Source: Octopus sinensis (taxonomy: Eukaryota). From it: a stretch of 64,000 nt of DNA. The stretch is taken from assembly GCF_006345805.1 (NCBI RefSeq), contig NC_042999.1, positions 93,744,001 through 93,808,000 of the forward strand. Reading direction: 5' to 3'. How positions within the stretch are numbered: position 1 is the stretch's first letter; each line of letters opens with the position of its first letter. Below, in pieces: positions 13,380 to 25,622 of this stretch. The translations under genes were made by a program, and so were the position numbers. The notes below the pieces were generated by a model. It searched no databases. It was not told the DNA's origin and saw only the letters and a program-made list of their open reading frames with translations.

Positions 13380-13760
13380 AATTTTTCTATCGTCTTGGCT
13401 TAACAGCCTTCACCGTGTGTTTTTATTGTTTTCTTCTCACTGTCCTGTTCTTGTTACCACTTTAACGCTCTGTAAAGACTCCCAAGTTTTATTCAATTTG
13501 CTTTGCGAGAAGGACTGTTTCAACGAAGTCGCGTATTGTCCTTGCCTTCATAATGCGACGTAGAAGAAGCAGGGCCAACTGAAGACAAGTATTGTTCTTT
13601 ATGTTGCATGTCTCGTTTCTCTGTTTTTTCGTTGTTCCCCAAAAAGTTCGTTTCTTGTTTTTGTTTTTATGTTTTCTTTTCTCATTGTATTCTAACTTCT
13701 TTTATGTCCTACACCCATACATGCATGTATATATGTAGGTATGCACATATATGTATGTAT
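13380..13760 (+). mobile_element. Family C copy with a decayed rearranged hammerhead (13516-13590)
   Basis: GTCGCG-TA-TTGTCCTT...CCTTC-ATAA-TGCGAC...AGGGCCAA-CTGAAGA; GAAA is mutated to ATAA. Confidence 0.75.
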
Positions 13761-13790
13761 ATATGCATATATTTATATATTATCTATATG

Positions 13791-13858
<68 letters not shown>

Positions 13859-14081
13859 ATCAATATAAGGGTAACAAAAAATTCAAGAAAAATTTTCTGC
13901 AACCAGCGGTCAAGTGAGAAAATAGAGATAGTCACAGACTATATAATATATTCAGCAAATAATTAAGGAATGACCCTGAGAAGGTCGTTCGACTCACTGG
14001 AAAAGAGCATCTAAACTCAAAACCGCAAAAATAGTAGTAATTCAGAAACTAGAGGAGAAATAAAAACATTTATCCCCTTCA

Positions 14082-14180
14082 AACTTTGTACCCTGCAAGG
14101 TTTCAACATCTTTCACGCAATCAAATTTAATTAAATTAAATTAAATCTGTTTATGCTTGGCTTGTCTCGTCAGCAAAGTC
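14082..14180 (-). ncRNA. Type I hammerhead ribozyme with long stem II (family A)
   Basis: Reverse-complement copy of 14872-14970 with the core intact. Confidence 0.85.
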
Positions 14181-14871
14181 GCCAAAAGAGGGGGGAGATA
14201 TATATACACGAGGCTACACCATCCAAGCCTCGGGTCTATATATCCTAAATTTTCGAATTCACCGTAATCGCGCCATCTCATCCGCAACAAATATAAACTG
14301 CTGATACAAATTTCAGAATTAGTCAAGAATTCATTAATCAATCAATATAAGGGTAACAAAAAATTCAAGAAAAAATTTCTGCAACCAGCGGTCAAGTGAG
14401 AAAATAGAGATAGTCACAGACTATATAATATATTCAGCAAATAATTAAGGAATGACCCTGAGAAGGTCGTTCGACTCACTGGAAAAGAGCATCTAAACTC
14501 AAAACCGCAAAAATAGTAGTAATTCTGAAACTAGAGGAGAAATAAAAACATTTATCCCTTCAAACTTTGTACCCTGCAAGGTTTCAACATCTTTCACGCA
14601 ATCAAATTTAATTGCTGAATATATTATATAGTCTGTGACTATATCTATTTTCTCACTTGACCGCTGTTTGCAGAAAATGTTTCTTGAATTTTTTGTTACC
14701 CTTATATTGATTGATTAATGAATTCTTGACTAATTCTGAAATTTGTATCAGCAGTTTATATTTGCTGCGGAGTAGATGGCGCAATTACGGTGAATTCGAA
14801 AATTTAGGATATATAGACCCGAGGCTTGGATGGTGTAGCCTCGTGTATATATATCTCCCCCCTCTTTTGGC

Positions 14872-14970
14872 GACTTTGCTGACGAGACAAGCCAAGCGTA
14901 AACAGATTTAATTTAATTTAATTAAATTTGATTGCGTGAAAGATGTTGAAACCTTGCAGGGTACAAAGTT
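14872..14970 (+). ncRNA. Type I hammerhead ribozyme with long stem II (family A)
   Basis: GACTTTG-CTGACGA-GACA[~55-nt hairpin]TGTT-GAAA-CCTTGCAGGG-TA-CAAAGTT; 7-bp stem I, near-palindromic stem III, GUA cleavage after 14963. Confidence 0.87.
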
Positions 14971-15097
14971 TGAAGGGGATAAATGTTTTTTATTTCTTCT
15001 CTAGTTTCAGAATTACTACTATTTTTGCGGTTTTGAGTTTAGATGCTCTTTTCAAGTGAGTCGAACGACCTTCTCAGGGTCATTCCTTAATTATTTG

Positions 15098-15186
<89 letters not shown>

Positions 15187-15450
15187 CACATATATATATA
15201 TACATATATATATAAATTTAAAAATAGGATAAAATCTTCATAAGAAATTATCAGGTAGTTAGCGTGAAAACCTCACAAGAGAAAAAATCTGTAAATTTTT
15301 TCACTTGAAAATAATTATTTTTATTATATAGAGGGCGTTATTACACATAAATGCCACACGCTAGGAGGAACTTTTAAATTCAAAAGTACCAAAAGAAACA
15401 AATCGTACCGAATGCAATTTTCGAAGCGAGTCATTTAAAAACAGAATTTA

Positions 15451-15514
15451 GTTGCAGATCACCTGTGATTTCGCAATCAATGCATTATCTGCATCCCTTG
15501 CTCGTCAGTACAAC
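15451..15514 (-). ncRNA. Type I hammerhead ribozyme (family B)
   Basis: Mirror copy of 15596-15659; core intact. Confidence 0.9.
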
Positions 15515-15595
15515 GAATTCAAGATATAATGAATGGATATAACGGTTGTCCGTCTGGTATGTTGATTTTGTTCATTCATTATATATCTTGAATTC

Positions 15596-15659
15596 GTTGT
15601 ACTGACGAGCAAGGAATGCAGATAATGCATTGATTGCGAAATCACAGGTGATCTGCAAC
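15596..15659 (+). ncRNA. Type I hammerhead ribozyme (family B)
   Basis: GTTGTA-CTGACGA-GCAA[GGAATGCAGATAATGCATTGA]TTGC-GAAA-TCACAGGTGA-TC-TGCAAC; all core bases present, AUC cleavage after 15653. Confidence 0.92.
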
Positions 15660-15847
15660 TAAATTCCGTTTTAAATGACTCGCTTCGAAAATTGCATTCG
15701 GTACGATTTGTTTATTTTGGTAGTTTTGACTTTAAAAGTCCCTCCTAGCGTGCGGCATTTATGTGTAATAATGCCCTCTATATAATATAAATACATATAT
15801 ATATATATACATATATGTATATATATATATATATATATACATACACT

Positions 15848-16530
15848 GTTGTATTTCGGGATGGTCATTGTATTTTTTATTTTTGTTTTTGCCAAATAGA
15901 AACGCAATATATTTTTTTTCTTCACTCGTTTATTCCTATTATTTTATTATTTAACGCCTGTCCACTGTCCGGAAATATTTCGTCACACATCCGTGACCTC
16001 TTCAACGATTCTTTTCATTTCCGTGTGTGTTCTTGTTCCACTTACTCTATTCTATTCTTCTAATATGTGTATCCTTATGTGCATTACTGTTTATGTCCTT
16101 GTTTGTGCGTGTGTTTCTGTGTGTGTGTGTGTGTTTGTATGTGTCTGTGTATGCTCATGTGCGTGTTATAGTTGTTAGCACCAATGTGACCACATTGAGC
16201 TAAAAACTGACACGTACACAAGCATACACACACACGACACATACACAAGCAATGACACAAACGCATACGCACAAAAGGATGCACATTGTTAGAAGAATAG
16301 AATGAAGTAAGTAGAGCAAGAACACACACGGAAGCGAAACGTGTCACTGAAGAGGTCACAGCTGTTTGACGAAATATTTCCGGACAATGGACAGGCTTTA
16401 AAATAGTAAAGCAATAGTAATGAACGAGGGAAGAAAACAACAACGAAAAAATATACATATATAGTGTGTTTGTTTATTTGGCAAAAAAATAATAAATGAA
16501 ATGACCATCCCAAAATATAGCAATACCTGT
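15848..16530. mobile_element. Older foldback (family N), ~230-bp diverged arms
   Basis: 15848-16075 is an imperfect reverse complement of 16275-16530; contains CTGAAGA-G-GTCA/TGAC-GAAA. Confidence 0.8.
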
Positions 16531-18464
16531 TTCAACACACAATTTCACATCAGGAATATTGCAAAATGAAATTACACACACACACACATGTAAATCTATA
16601 CGTACATTGTACGTATATCTATCTAGATAAGTAGCTAATTGTATATATGTTTATTTATCTTTATATGTATGCATTATATGAATATTTATATATGTATGTA
16701 TATGCATGTTTGTATATACATATATAGACCGCGAGTGGGAGAGAAAAATAGCTTCTGATATATTCATGGACATATGTAAATATACGAATACATATGTGTA
16801 TACTAAAATATATGTGTGTGTGTATATGCATAACTATATATGTAACTATCCTATTTATAAATGTGTATGTATATAAATGAATGTGCGCATATGTAAATAT
16901 ATATTTGTATGTGTGTGTGCACAAATGCACAAATTGATGCAAAAAGTTTGGGGAGAAATGGAACAGACGAAAAACGACAACCAAAATAAAACGGTGCCGA
17001 AAAACATAGTTATACCGCCTGTAACATTCAATTACGAGAAATCTCTCATATCAGTCCATTTCTATTGGAAGCAAAATATAACTGGCATGTTAGCAAATGA
17101 AATATTGCTTGTAATTTTAAACAAAATGCATTCTCTTATTCCTGATTAATATCTAGAAAAGAATTATAGTATTTTGTAGGAATCTGTAATTTGAATCAAT
17201 ACGAAAATTATTGAATATCGGGTAAGATATCGAAACAGCAAAGCTAATTGAAATAGATTTCATGTATATCGAAGAAAAACGCACAAATATATTATTTTTG
17301 CAACCCGGAGAATAGTGTATAACCAGTTGTTTTTTCTTACAAATAAATGCCAAAGAATCTTCAAAGTAGAAAGAAATTTTTAAGCAAATTTTCTGAAGGT
17401 AGCTTCTTTATACGGCATGTGTCCTAAGAATGGACTTTTCAAAATCGGGACAGTATTTGAAGTTCGTATACGTAAAGTCTCATTAGATTAACATGAAACA
17501 ATAAAATAATTATCTTTCGAGAATTTATATATCGTACACTTAAAATCCGAAGTCTAAGCCCACGAATATCTCAATGCGAGAAAAGATATCAATCGAAAGG
17601 AAATGAAGGTTATTTCCGGATAATTTAAGAAAGAAGTCCTAAAATTTGCTCATATCGGAAGGATACTATTACTTAAACGTATAATAATGTTTATTTTAAA
17701 CTTAACTGCATTTGAAAAATTTTGTATTATGCCTACAAATGTGTAATAAACAAGTTCGTATACGTATTGACAATCATTTATGCGTCACTTTCGTGATTTC
17801 AAATAAAATCGTTAGGAATGAGAAACGTTCCTCACGTTACGGAATAACATTCTGAAAATATAGATCAATGATGTTATACACTCAAACAATTCCAAATATA
17901 AATTAAGGCTTCAATTTATTCACTTAAAATTCTTGCCTACTGATCATTAAAATGATAATCTGTCTGTTTAGCAATAATACATCATTTATTGCCAAATGAT
18001 TATACGCGTAGTTCATGAAAAAACAAAAATCTCATTGATATATTCTGAGTGTATCCGTGTCCTAAATTATGAGTGAAGGGAATTAATTATCCATTAAATT
18101 ATATCCAACATTAGGTATAATTTAGTGAAATTATACCGAACATTTCTTAAAATTATATCTGATAACATTGACCCATATATTATGTATGAATGAAAAGAGA
18201 TTGTAAATTATAAAATACTTTCAAAAATAAGCCCTCTCAATCAGGCCTGAGCCCGTCTAGGCAGCAACAACAGTAACATGAAAATATGCTAGAGTATTAT
18301 ACTGTCAAACATGGCGCCGCTCATGGTCTATTTTATCATCCCTAAGCATAGATTTATAATAAATACGATGCAACTGATATATTCTTTATAGTTGCTAAAT
18401 TATTTCATAATTCTTTTCGCAAATAGATTACAGAAAATCTTTATTGATGTTTCACATATATATA

Positions 18465-18527
<63 letters not shown>

Positions 18528-18562
18528 GTAAATATAATAAAAGACAATTATTCGGTAGCCAT

Positions 18563-18623
18563 GATAAAACACCAAGTTTCGGCTGTCGGAGCCGAAACCC
18601 ACGCCGGCATCTCTTCAATTATC
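18563..18623 (-). ncRNA. Degenerate type I hammerhead at the PLE end
   Basis: GATAA-TTGAAGA...GAAA-CTTGGTG-TT-TTATC; C3 is mutated and stem III is imperfect. Confidence 0.6.
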
Positions 18624-19479
18624 GGGCCATCGAAAAAAGTGCTATGAAAATGACCGTTAAACAAAGGGAAATTACTGTGTGATTGACCGTTATTAAAGCC
18701 AAAAGAGCTATTAGAATGGCCGCTAAGAAAGTGGAGGGAGTAAATATAAGGGAGTATAAATGGTCATAGTAATCGCGTAAGCGCACATGACCATACATAC
18801 ACATGCACATCCACACACCTACGTACATGTGGCGTTATGTATAAACTCATTTACCTTCACTTAAAACAGACACATGCTTACGCATACATTCGCCCAAAAA
18901 TATATACATACCTGCATACACGCTCGCACACTCACACACGCGCACACTCACACACGCGCACAAAAAGGTTCATATACACGTGTATACACGCACACGCACA
19001 AGACAAACATAGGGCTATAGGCAAAATCTATATGCGCACATACTCGCATGCAAGCGCACATACTCGCATGCACGCGCACACACGTCTGTATACGGACATA
19101 CTCGCACTTCTTTGTATACGCACACATACACGCACAAAAACACGTTTATATACGCACATGCACAAAAAGACAGGGCTGAAAGCAAAATACAGAAAAATGT
19201 GTAAAAAATGTGTAAAATATAAACAATAACAGTTATATACGTCTATATACGCACATACTCGCATGCACGCACGCGCACGTGTCTACATAAGCACAGGGAA
19301 ACTGCAGGGTCGAAGGTAGAATACATACAAAATATGTGTAAAATATATATGAGCAATAAAACTATAAATTTGTAAAAATATATAAAAATATATAAGTATA
19401 TTTAAGAGAAATATAAGTAAAAGGCATAGAGAGATAAAAAGCATATACGTGTACACAATATAGAAAACAAGTCCTATCT

Positions 19480-20025
19480 GTAATCTCGGGAGACCAAAAA
19501 CGTAACAAATATTTAGCCACGTATGGACGCGACCCTAAAAAGTTCAGTTCTTCAATTTAGACTTGTGGTGGGTCTTAGCTGCTTTTCTAGATGAGCCATC
19601 TTTGCATATCACAAATACGGCAATTTCCACTGCCGTTGGATAATTTGGTCGTTTTCCTTTTATCCCAGTGCCTGAAGCTCAAGGTGTGATTGTTGAACCT
19701 GGCCTTAAATTACCCTCTTTAAGGCTCTCGGATTTCTTCGTCAAAACCGTGTCTTTACTGGATATATGGAGTCCACAGTGGCTTCATAAATGATGGTCTT
19801 GGACATGCAAGCTCCATTTAGCAGGCACAAATTTTTATCCCTGCATGAGCAGCTGGTTTTATTTTGTGGTCTTTGTGTGTTGTGTGCGAATATATGTTCA
19901 AAATTAATAGTTGATCTGAAACTGATTTTTAAGTTATGTTTATCGAAGAGCTTCCTGTAACTATGGTTGACTGGAAAATATCTATCTATCAGTGCTAAGA
20001 AATACATAGCTATATTAAAGGTCAC
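19480..20025 (-). pseudogene. PLE Cys-rich linker plus GIY-YIG endonuclease remnant
   Basis: FLALIDRYFPVNHSYRKLFDKHNLKISF...CSCRDKNLCLLNGACMSKTIIYEATV, then after frameshifts FKARFNNHTLSFRH..TTKLS, CRIC and KYLL. Confidence 0.88.
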
Positions 20026-20396
20026 TTTGGGGGAGCAGGGGTGTGTGAACCAGATAGTTTTCCTATTCCTATGTTTCCTTTTCTTTATTATTGGACTGGT
20101 GGCAGGCGGGTATATATATATATTTTAGCGAATGTGTGGGTGAGCATGTGTGTGTTTCAACTGAAGGTGGATGAGTATATACATATAGGTGCATGTACAT
20201 GGTTGTGCGTGCGAGTATTTGTATGTATGGACATGCGCGCTTACGCGATTAGTATGGACATTTTTACTGCCTTACATTTACTCCCTCTGCTTACTTAGCG
20301 GTCATTCTAATAGCTCTTTTGTCTTAATAATGGTCAATCACACAGTAATTTCCCTTAGTTTACCGGTAATTTTCATAGCATTTTTTCAATGACCCT

Positions 20397-20455
20397 ATAA
20401 CTGAAGAGATGCCGGCGTGGGTTTCGGGTCCGACAGCTGAAACTCGGTGTTTTAT
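20397..20455 (+). ncRNA. Degenerate type I hammerhead at the inverted PLE end
   Basis: ATAA-CTGAAGA...GAAA-CTCGGTG-TT-TTAT. Confidence 0.62.
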
Positions 20456-20556
20456 CATGGCTACCGAATAATAGTCACATATTACATTTAAAGTTAAATT
20501 GCTATATTTACATAATATCGAGGACTCTTTCATTCTTTTCTTGTCTTGCCATTTCT

Positions 20557-20780
<224 letters not shown>

Positions 20781-21250
20781 TTTAAGTAGTATTATTACCA
20801 TTATATACTGTAATAATAAGGTGGCTAGCAATTTCACCCCTTTACAGGCACAATATATAAAATAATTTCAGAATATGTAGGGTATATAATGCAACTAGCT
20901 AAAATCAGAGCCATTGCTCCAGAAATCACCTTAAAATTGCAATAAAGATACACACGAGGAATGCAATTAACATTTCAGAAATAGGCTTACCTTTGCATTG
21001 AATACATGAAATAAGTAATGCATGTTTCAATACCAATTAATTTCACGCATTGCATGATAAACATGCTTTGCAGTCTTCAGCTGAAAACAGCATGTAGCAT
21101 CTATTTCTGACGTATTCACTACTTTAGGTCGCGTGCGTTCCTTACTTAAAATGTCCAGCTCCGTTTAAAAGAAACTATCGTAAATAAGAAAAAAATTATG
21201 GTGATTTTTGGAGAAATGGCTCTGAATTTAGCAAGTGGTATTATATACCC

Positions 21251-21323
<73 letters not shown>

Positions 21324-21431
21324 GATATCTATATATAAACATACATGTATATATATACATGTATCTACATATTTATTTATATATGTAAATATATATAAAT
21401 AAATATGATATAAATATATATATTTATAGAC

Positions 21432-21470
<39 letters not shown>

Positions 21471-22039
21471 CGATGAGAATATGAAAGCGTAATTTCTGCT
21501 TCTCTTTGACGATAATAATGCTAGATTTTCGTTAGTATGAAATTCTTTTCAAAATATCCATATTCATCGATTAGTTTGTTAATATTAATATTATTATTTA
21601 TGTATTGTGACATATTTATTTAAAATGAAAACAAAGCCCAATATTGAAAATTGATTTAAAATTTCAAAGATACCATTCTAGAGAATCTAAAATACACTGA
21701 AGTTTGATATGCATTAGATAAGAATGGAACAAAAAGCGAACACATAAAAAGAATAACGCACAACGCAATGATTATGAGATTATATTAAATCTCATGTAAA
21801 TGACTCTCTATTCAACATTTAAAAATTAAATTTCTCAATACCACCTAGAAATGTTTCATGAATGCTAAATCTTACTCAGCATTTCTATTGATTACTCTTT
21901 CATCAGCTTTTCATTTAGGAAATATAAGCGAAATATAAATGACGAAAGATTTTATATTGAATCAAGTGCTTTCACATCTGAAACTACTTCAAGATGCAAA
22001 GATGTAGCTATACTCTTATCAGAAGTTTTTATTTTATAT

Positions 22040-22088
<49 letters not shown>

Positions 22089-22196
22089 ACACACACACAC
22101 ATACACACACACACACACATATATATATATATTCATATATATATATATACATATATATATACATATATACATATATATATATACATTTATATATAT

Positions 22197-22276
<80 letters not shown>

Positions 22277-22290
22277 ATATATATATTGAT
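22040..22290. repeat. (CA)n-(TA)n-(TG)n microsatellite block
   Basis: Directly visible; the CA and TG halves are mutually complementary. Confidence 0.97.
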
Positions 22291-23077
22291 AGGGAGTTTG
22301 TATATTTTAGATGTATCATTTTGTTTTAATAATATAAAATTACATTTATAATCTTGCACATGTGTGTCTATGTCTGTATGTGGGTATATATATATATGCA
22401 CAAACGAACTCCTCCACACACACACAACACATATATACCTATGTAATCGCATCTGAGAGTGCATGGGCGAGTGAGACCATGCGTATCCATGTATTATTTC
22501 AAGTAATATAGAAATATAATATTTATAATATACATATTTAACAATTAAGCATAGTTACAGGATTAAAATTGTATAGGCCAACACATATAATACGAAATAT
22601 TGCGAAAATACAATCTCTTACTAAATCATGAACAACGCATTGCAACTATATTTTATAGCCGCAAGAACATTTAACAATAAGCTTCCCAGTATTTTCGGTT
22701 ATCCATCTCTCCATTTAATCCAAGATATCTAATTCAACATTGCATACAATATATTACAAAATTAGCATCTATAAAGAGGAATACACAATGAGCAGAGGAA
22801 TTCTCTGATCCGATTTCGATTACAAAAGAAAATTTCGCTTATAGGAATAGCACAATATCGAATAACAGTAAAACTTTATAAACATATATTGATATATATA
22901 TATACATAAAGTGTAATGAATTGAAGTATTTATGTGCGAAAATATGTTATGTGAAAAATACTGTTAATATGGGAATTGAACAACATACGGCTTCATTTCT
23001 ACAGGTGTACTTTTAAACTATAAATTTGATTTACATTCGCATGTATATGTATGTTTGTATTTATGTGTGTATGTTTG

Positions 23078-23110
<33 letters not shown>

Positions 23111-23160
23111 ATACATATATATATATATACATACATATATATACACATATAAATAAATAA

Positions 23161-23252
<92 letters not shown>

Positions 23253-23379
23253 GGTGTTTAAGGAAATCTGATATCATCTGAGAGATAAATATCACAGAAA
23301 CTACATAGTCAAAATATATGAAACTCAACAGTTTAATGTTGAGCAACATAAAGCTTATTCCTTTGAAAGAGAAATTCAA

Positions 23380-24010
23380 AGGTACGTTGATTCCATGAAC
23401 GATTTCACAAAAACGGGCCATGAAGATGCTTCTTGGAGATGGCGCAACACATTCACTTTTGTTGAGCCCCTCTCATACTCAGTGGTGGCACAGGGATTTT
23501 CTTCGCCCCAAATGCTTATTTACTTTGCCATTCGTATGAAATGTCGCCTTATCACTGAAAGAAAGACGTTTTTTGAACTCCGCTTGTTCAAGTTTCTCTT
23601 GCATATTAGCACAGAATTGTTTGAGCTTTCGCTTGTCATCTGCCGCTATGGCCTGAATGATGTGCAGTTTGTAGGGTTTCATTAGAAAGCGTTTCCTGAG
23701 GACGCACAAAACTGTCGTTGGAGGAATCTGGGCTTTCAGACTTGTTCTTCTTTTGGACTTCTGGCGGCTTCGAAAGAGTTTTGGCAAACCCACTCGACCG
23801 TCTCTTCCGAGGTTAGTGGTCGTCCAGATCATTTTGCCCTGCACAGACAGCCTTCTTGTTTGAATTTTTTGTGCCATGTCCAAATTTGCATTGCCGTTGG
23901 TGACTTTTTAGAGAACTCTCTCACAAATGCACGCTGCACAGTGTTGTTCGACTGTGTTTAAGTATACTCCAACACACAAAACACCTTTTCTTTTCCAGTG
24001 AATGATATTT
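23380..24010 (-). pseudogene. IS630-Tc1-mariner transposase, N-terminal half (possibly rosa/DD41D-like)
   Basis: KVFCVLEY..TVQRAF...; QIPPTTVLCVLRKRFLMKPYKLHIIQAI..DD...KQFCANM...LSFSDKATFHTNGKVNKH; ERGSTKVNV; frameshifted. Confidence 0.88.
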
Positions 24011-24057
24011 CTATACCTGAAAAGATAAACGCATCAAACAGGTCGGCCTGGAGAAAT

Positions 24058-24228
24058 TTATTTCTCGTAACCGTCCGGGATTGGGAGTAGACCTCTTGGA
24101 CCTTTTAACCAGGTTCCAGTAGCAACACTAACATCTAACTTACGTGACCTGACGTCGTTTGGGAAACGCCCTTGCTTCCAGCTCGTCGTCAGGCCACACA
24201 CATTAAAGCATCCTACGTTAACTGCCAT
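24058..24228 (-). pseudogene. N-terminus of a LINE apurinic-type endonuclease (L1/Tx1-like ORF2 start)
   Basis: MAVNVGCFNVCGLTTSWKQG..NDVRSRKLDVSVATGTWL fits the G..NV.GL...K......LDV...ETWL motif; premature stop. Confidence 0.65.
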
Positions 24229-24717
24229 AAGTCTTACCTTAGTAGCTCAGCTTCACTTTGCGGCGGAGGGGTCTCCGCCTCCTTTGCTTTTTCGCGGGTT
24301 CGTGGTGTTGGGGTGCATAGTCCATCGTAAATTTGCGGTGAGAGGTCCGGCATCTTTCCTATGGTCATTGTAAAAACAAGCAATAAACAGTTTTTTCACA
24401 ACAAGTAATAACAACTTTCAACAACTAACAAAATTTCTTACCTCAACAGTAACACAGTAAAACAATCTACGCACGAGTCGAAACTAAGCAACGAATGTTA
24501 GAAATTTCTTTCGTTATTGCCCACAAGGGACCAACGAAGAGTGGACAATACAGGACATGTGGGGACATATACCATATGAAGATGAATGATATGGGTTTGT
24601 GCAGATGAGACAGTTACCCCGGTCCCACTCCAGCATGGTTACGTTTATACAATTAATTCAAAATATTTATAATTTTTCTTTTTTTTCTTTTAAAAATTTC
24701 ATTGTTTATTCAGTTTT

Positions 24718-24978
24718 CTATTTTTCATAAAATTTAATCCGCAATAATTTTTCTACTTGCCACTTGATGTCTTTCTTTATCTCGTCATATTCTACGACTA
24801 GGGTGCGGGGTTCATTTCCTACCTCCGGCCCCAGTGATTTCACATCTGATGGAAATACTTCTAGTGTTTTATATATTTCTTCATTTATCAAAATACACCT
24901 TATGTCTTTATCATAACCTTCTGGTAATTTTACTTTGCCTTTATGTAATACCTTTCCTTTTTGTAATTTTTTTTTCAA
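24718..24978 (-). CDS. 86-aa ORF with protein-like composition, possibly a LINE ORF1 fragment
   Basis: Non-repetitive K/E-rich sequence upstream of the endonuclease fragment on the same strand; no firm homology. Confidence 0.35.
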   Translation of the reverse strand: MKKKLQKGKVLHKGKVKLPEGYDKDIRCILINEEIYKTLEVFPSDVKSLGPEVGNEPRTLVVEYDEIKKDIKWQVEKLLRIKFYEK

Positions 24979-25150
24979 TGTTTTGATTTGTACAATCTGT
25001 TACTAAGTATATTCTGTTTCTATATGTGTTCCCGCCCTGTGTGTTTTGTGTCTGTGTGGAGGACAGATGTAATTAATGTAAATAAGGTACATAATTCCTC
25101 ATCATTTAAATATAGAACTATATGAGAACCCAGGTTCGAAATTTCCCCAA

Positions 25151-25196
25151 GATACCTGATGAAGGCTGGAGGGTATATCAGCCGGAAAGTTGTGTT
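25151..25196 (+). ncRNA. Degenerate minimal PLE-type hammerhead (family K)
   Basis: GATAC-CTGATGA-A-GGCTG/CAGCC-GGAAAG-TT-GTGTT; two substitutions in GAAAC. Confidence 0.6.
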
Positions 25197-25582
25197 TAAC
25201 AACAAACAATTTGAGGACAAAACTTAGTGTGCATGCATAGCAAATTTCAAAGTCAATCTGTGCCAAGTAACTTCACTTAGATTTAACTGCGTTACTATAC
25301 ATGCAGTCCGGATACATACTGATTAGACCATGTATACAAATGTCACAAAACTTGTGAGACGATATCTGGACTTAAAAGACATATGCTAGTTCACAAAAAA
25401 AACAACATTCCTTCAGATTTAGATTCCAAAGAGCAAAGATGTAGAAGAAACTTCAATAATATCTATCACTTGTGTTTTAAACCGGGTCAGTCAGCAGCAT
25501 GTTGTAAAAGTGATGGAGTGTGATGTGTGCGTTGATGGGGCAGTTATCATCTCTCAAGATGAAGCAATCATCATATATACAT

Positions 25583-25622
<40 letters not shown>

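Larger units (their letters stand above)
13857..15100. mobile_element. Family A: ~482-bp hammerhead-bearing unit, ~1.57 tandem copies (minus) plus one full inverted copy (plus)
   Basis: CAATATAAGGGTAAC occurs at 13861 and 14343; inversion junction ~14612; right arm 14613-15100 is one permuted unit starting and ending in GCTG; (TA)n on both flanks. Confidence 0.92.
15215..15790. mobile_element. Family B foldback: ~213-bp arms, 37-bp spacer, extra 3' tail on the left arm
   Basis: 15321-15535 is the reverse complement of 15573-15786; TA tracts on both sides. Confidence 0.92.
18520..20490 (-). mobile_element. 5'-truncated Penelope-like retroelement with inverted terminal copies of its 3' end
   Basis: Arms 18530-18900 and 20130-20480 are diverged inverted copies, each ending in a hammerhead-like motif; a GIY-YIG remnant lies between them. 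Confidence 0.88.

Noticed and set aside
13857-14612. CRISPR-like or satellite interpretation of the repeated units
   Set aside because: Eukaryotic context; the units are ~480 bp with no short repeat-spacer pattern.
14141-14911. 66-aa ORF present in both arms of family A
   Set aside because: TTG start, no homology recognised, and the arms are near-identical, so preservation is not evidence of selection.
20991-21080. Minus-strand segment with a strong acceptor and AG|GTAAGC donor
   Set aside because: Stops in all three frames and no other support; it could only be a non-coding exon.
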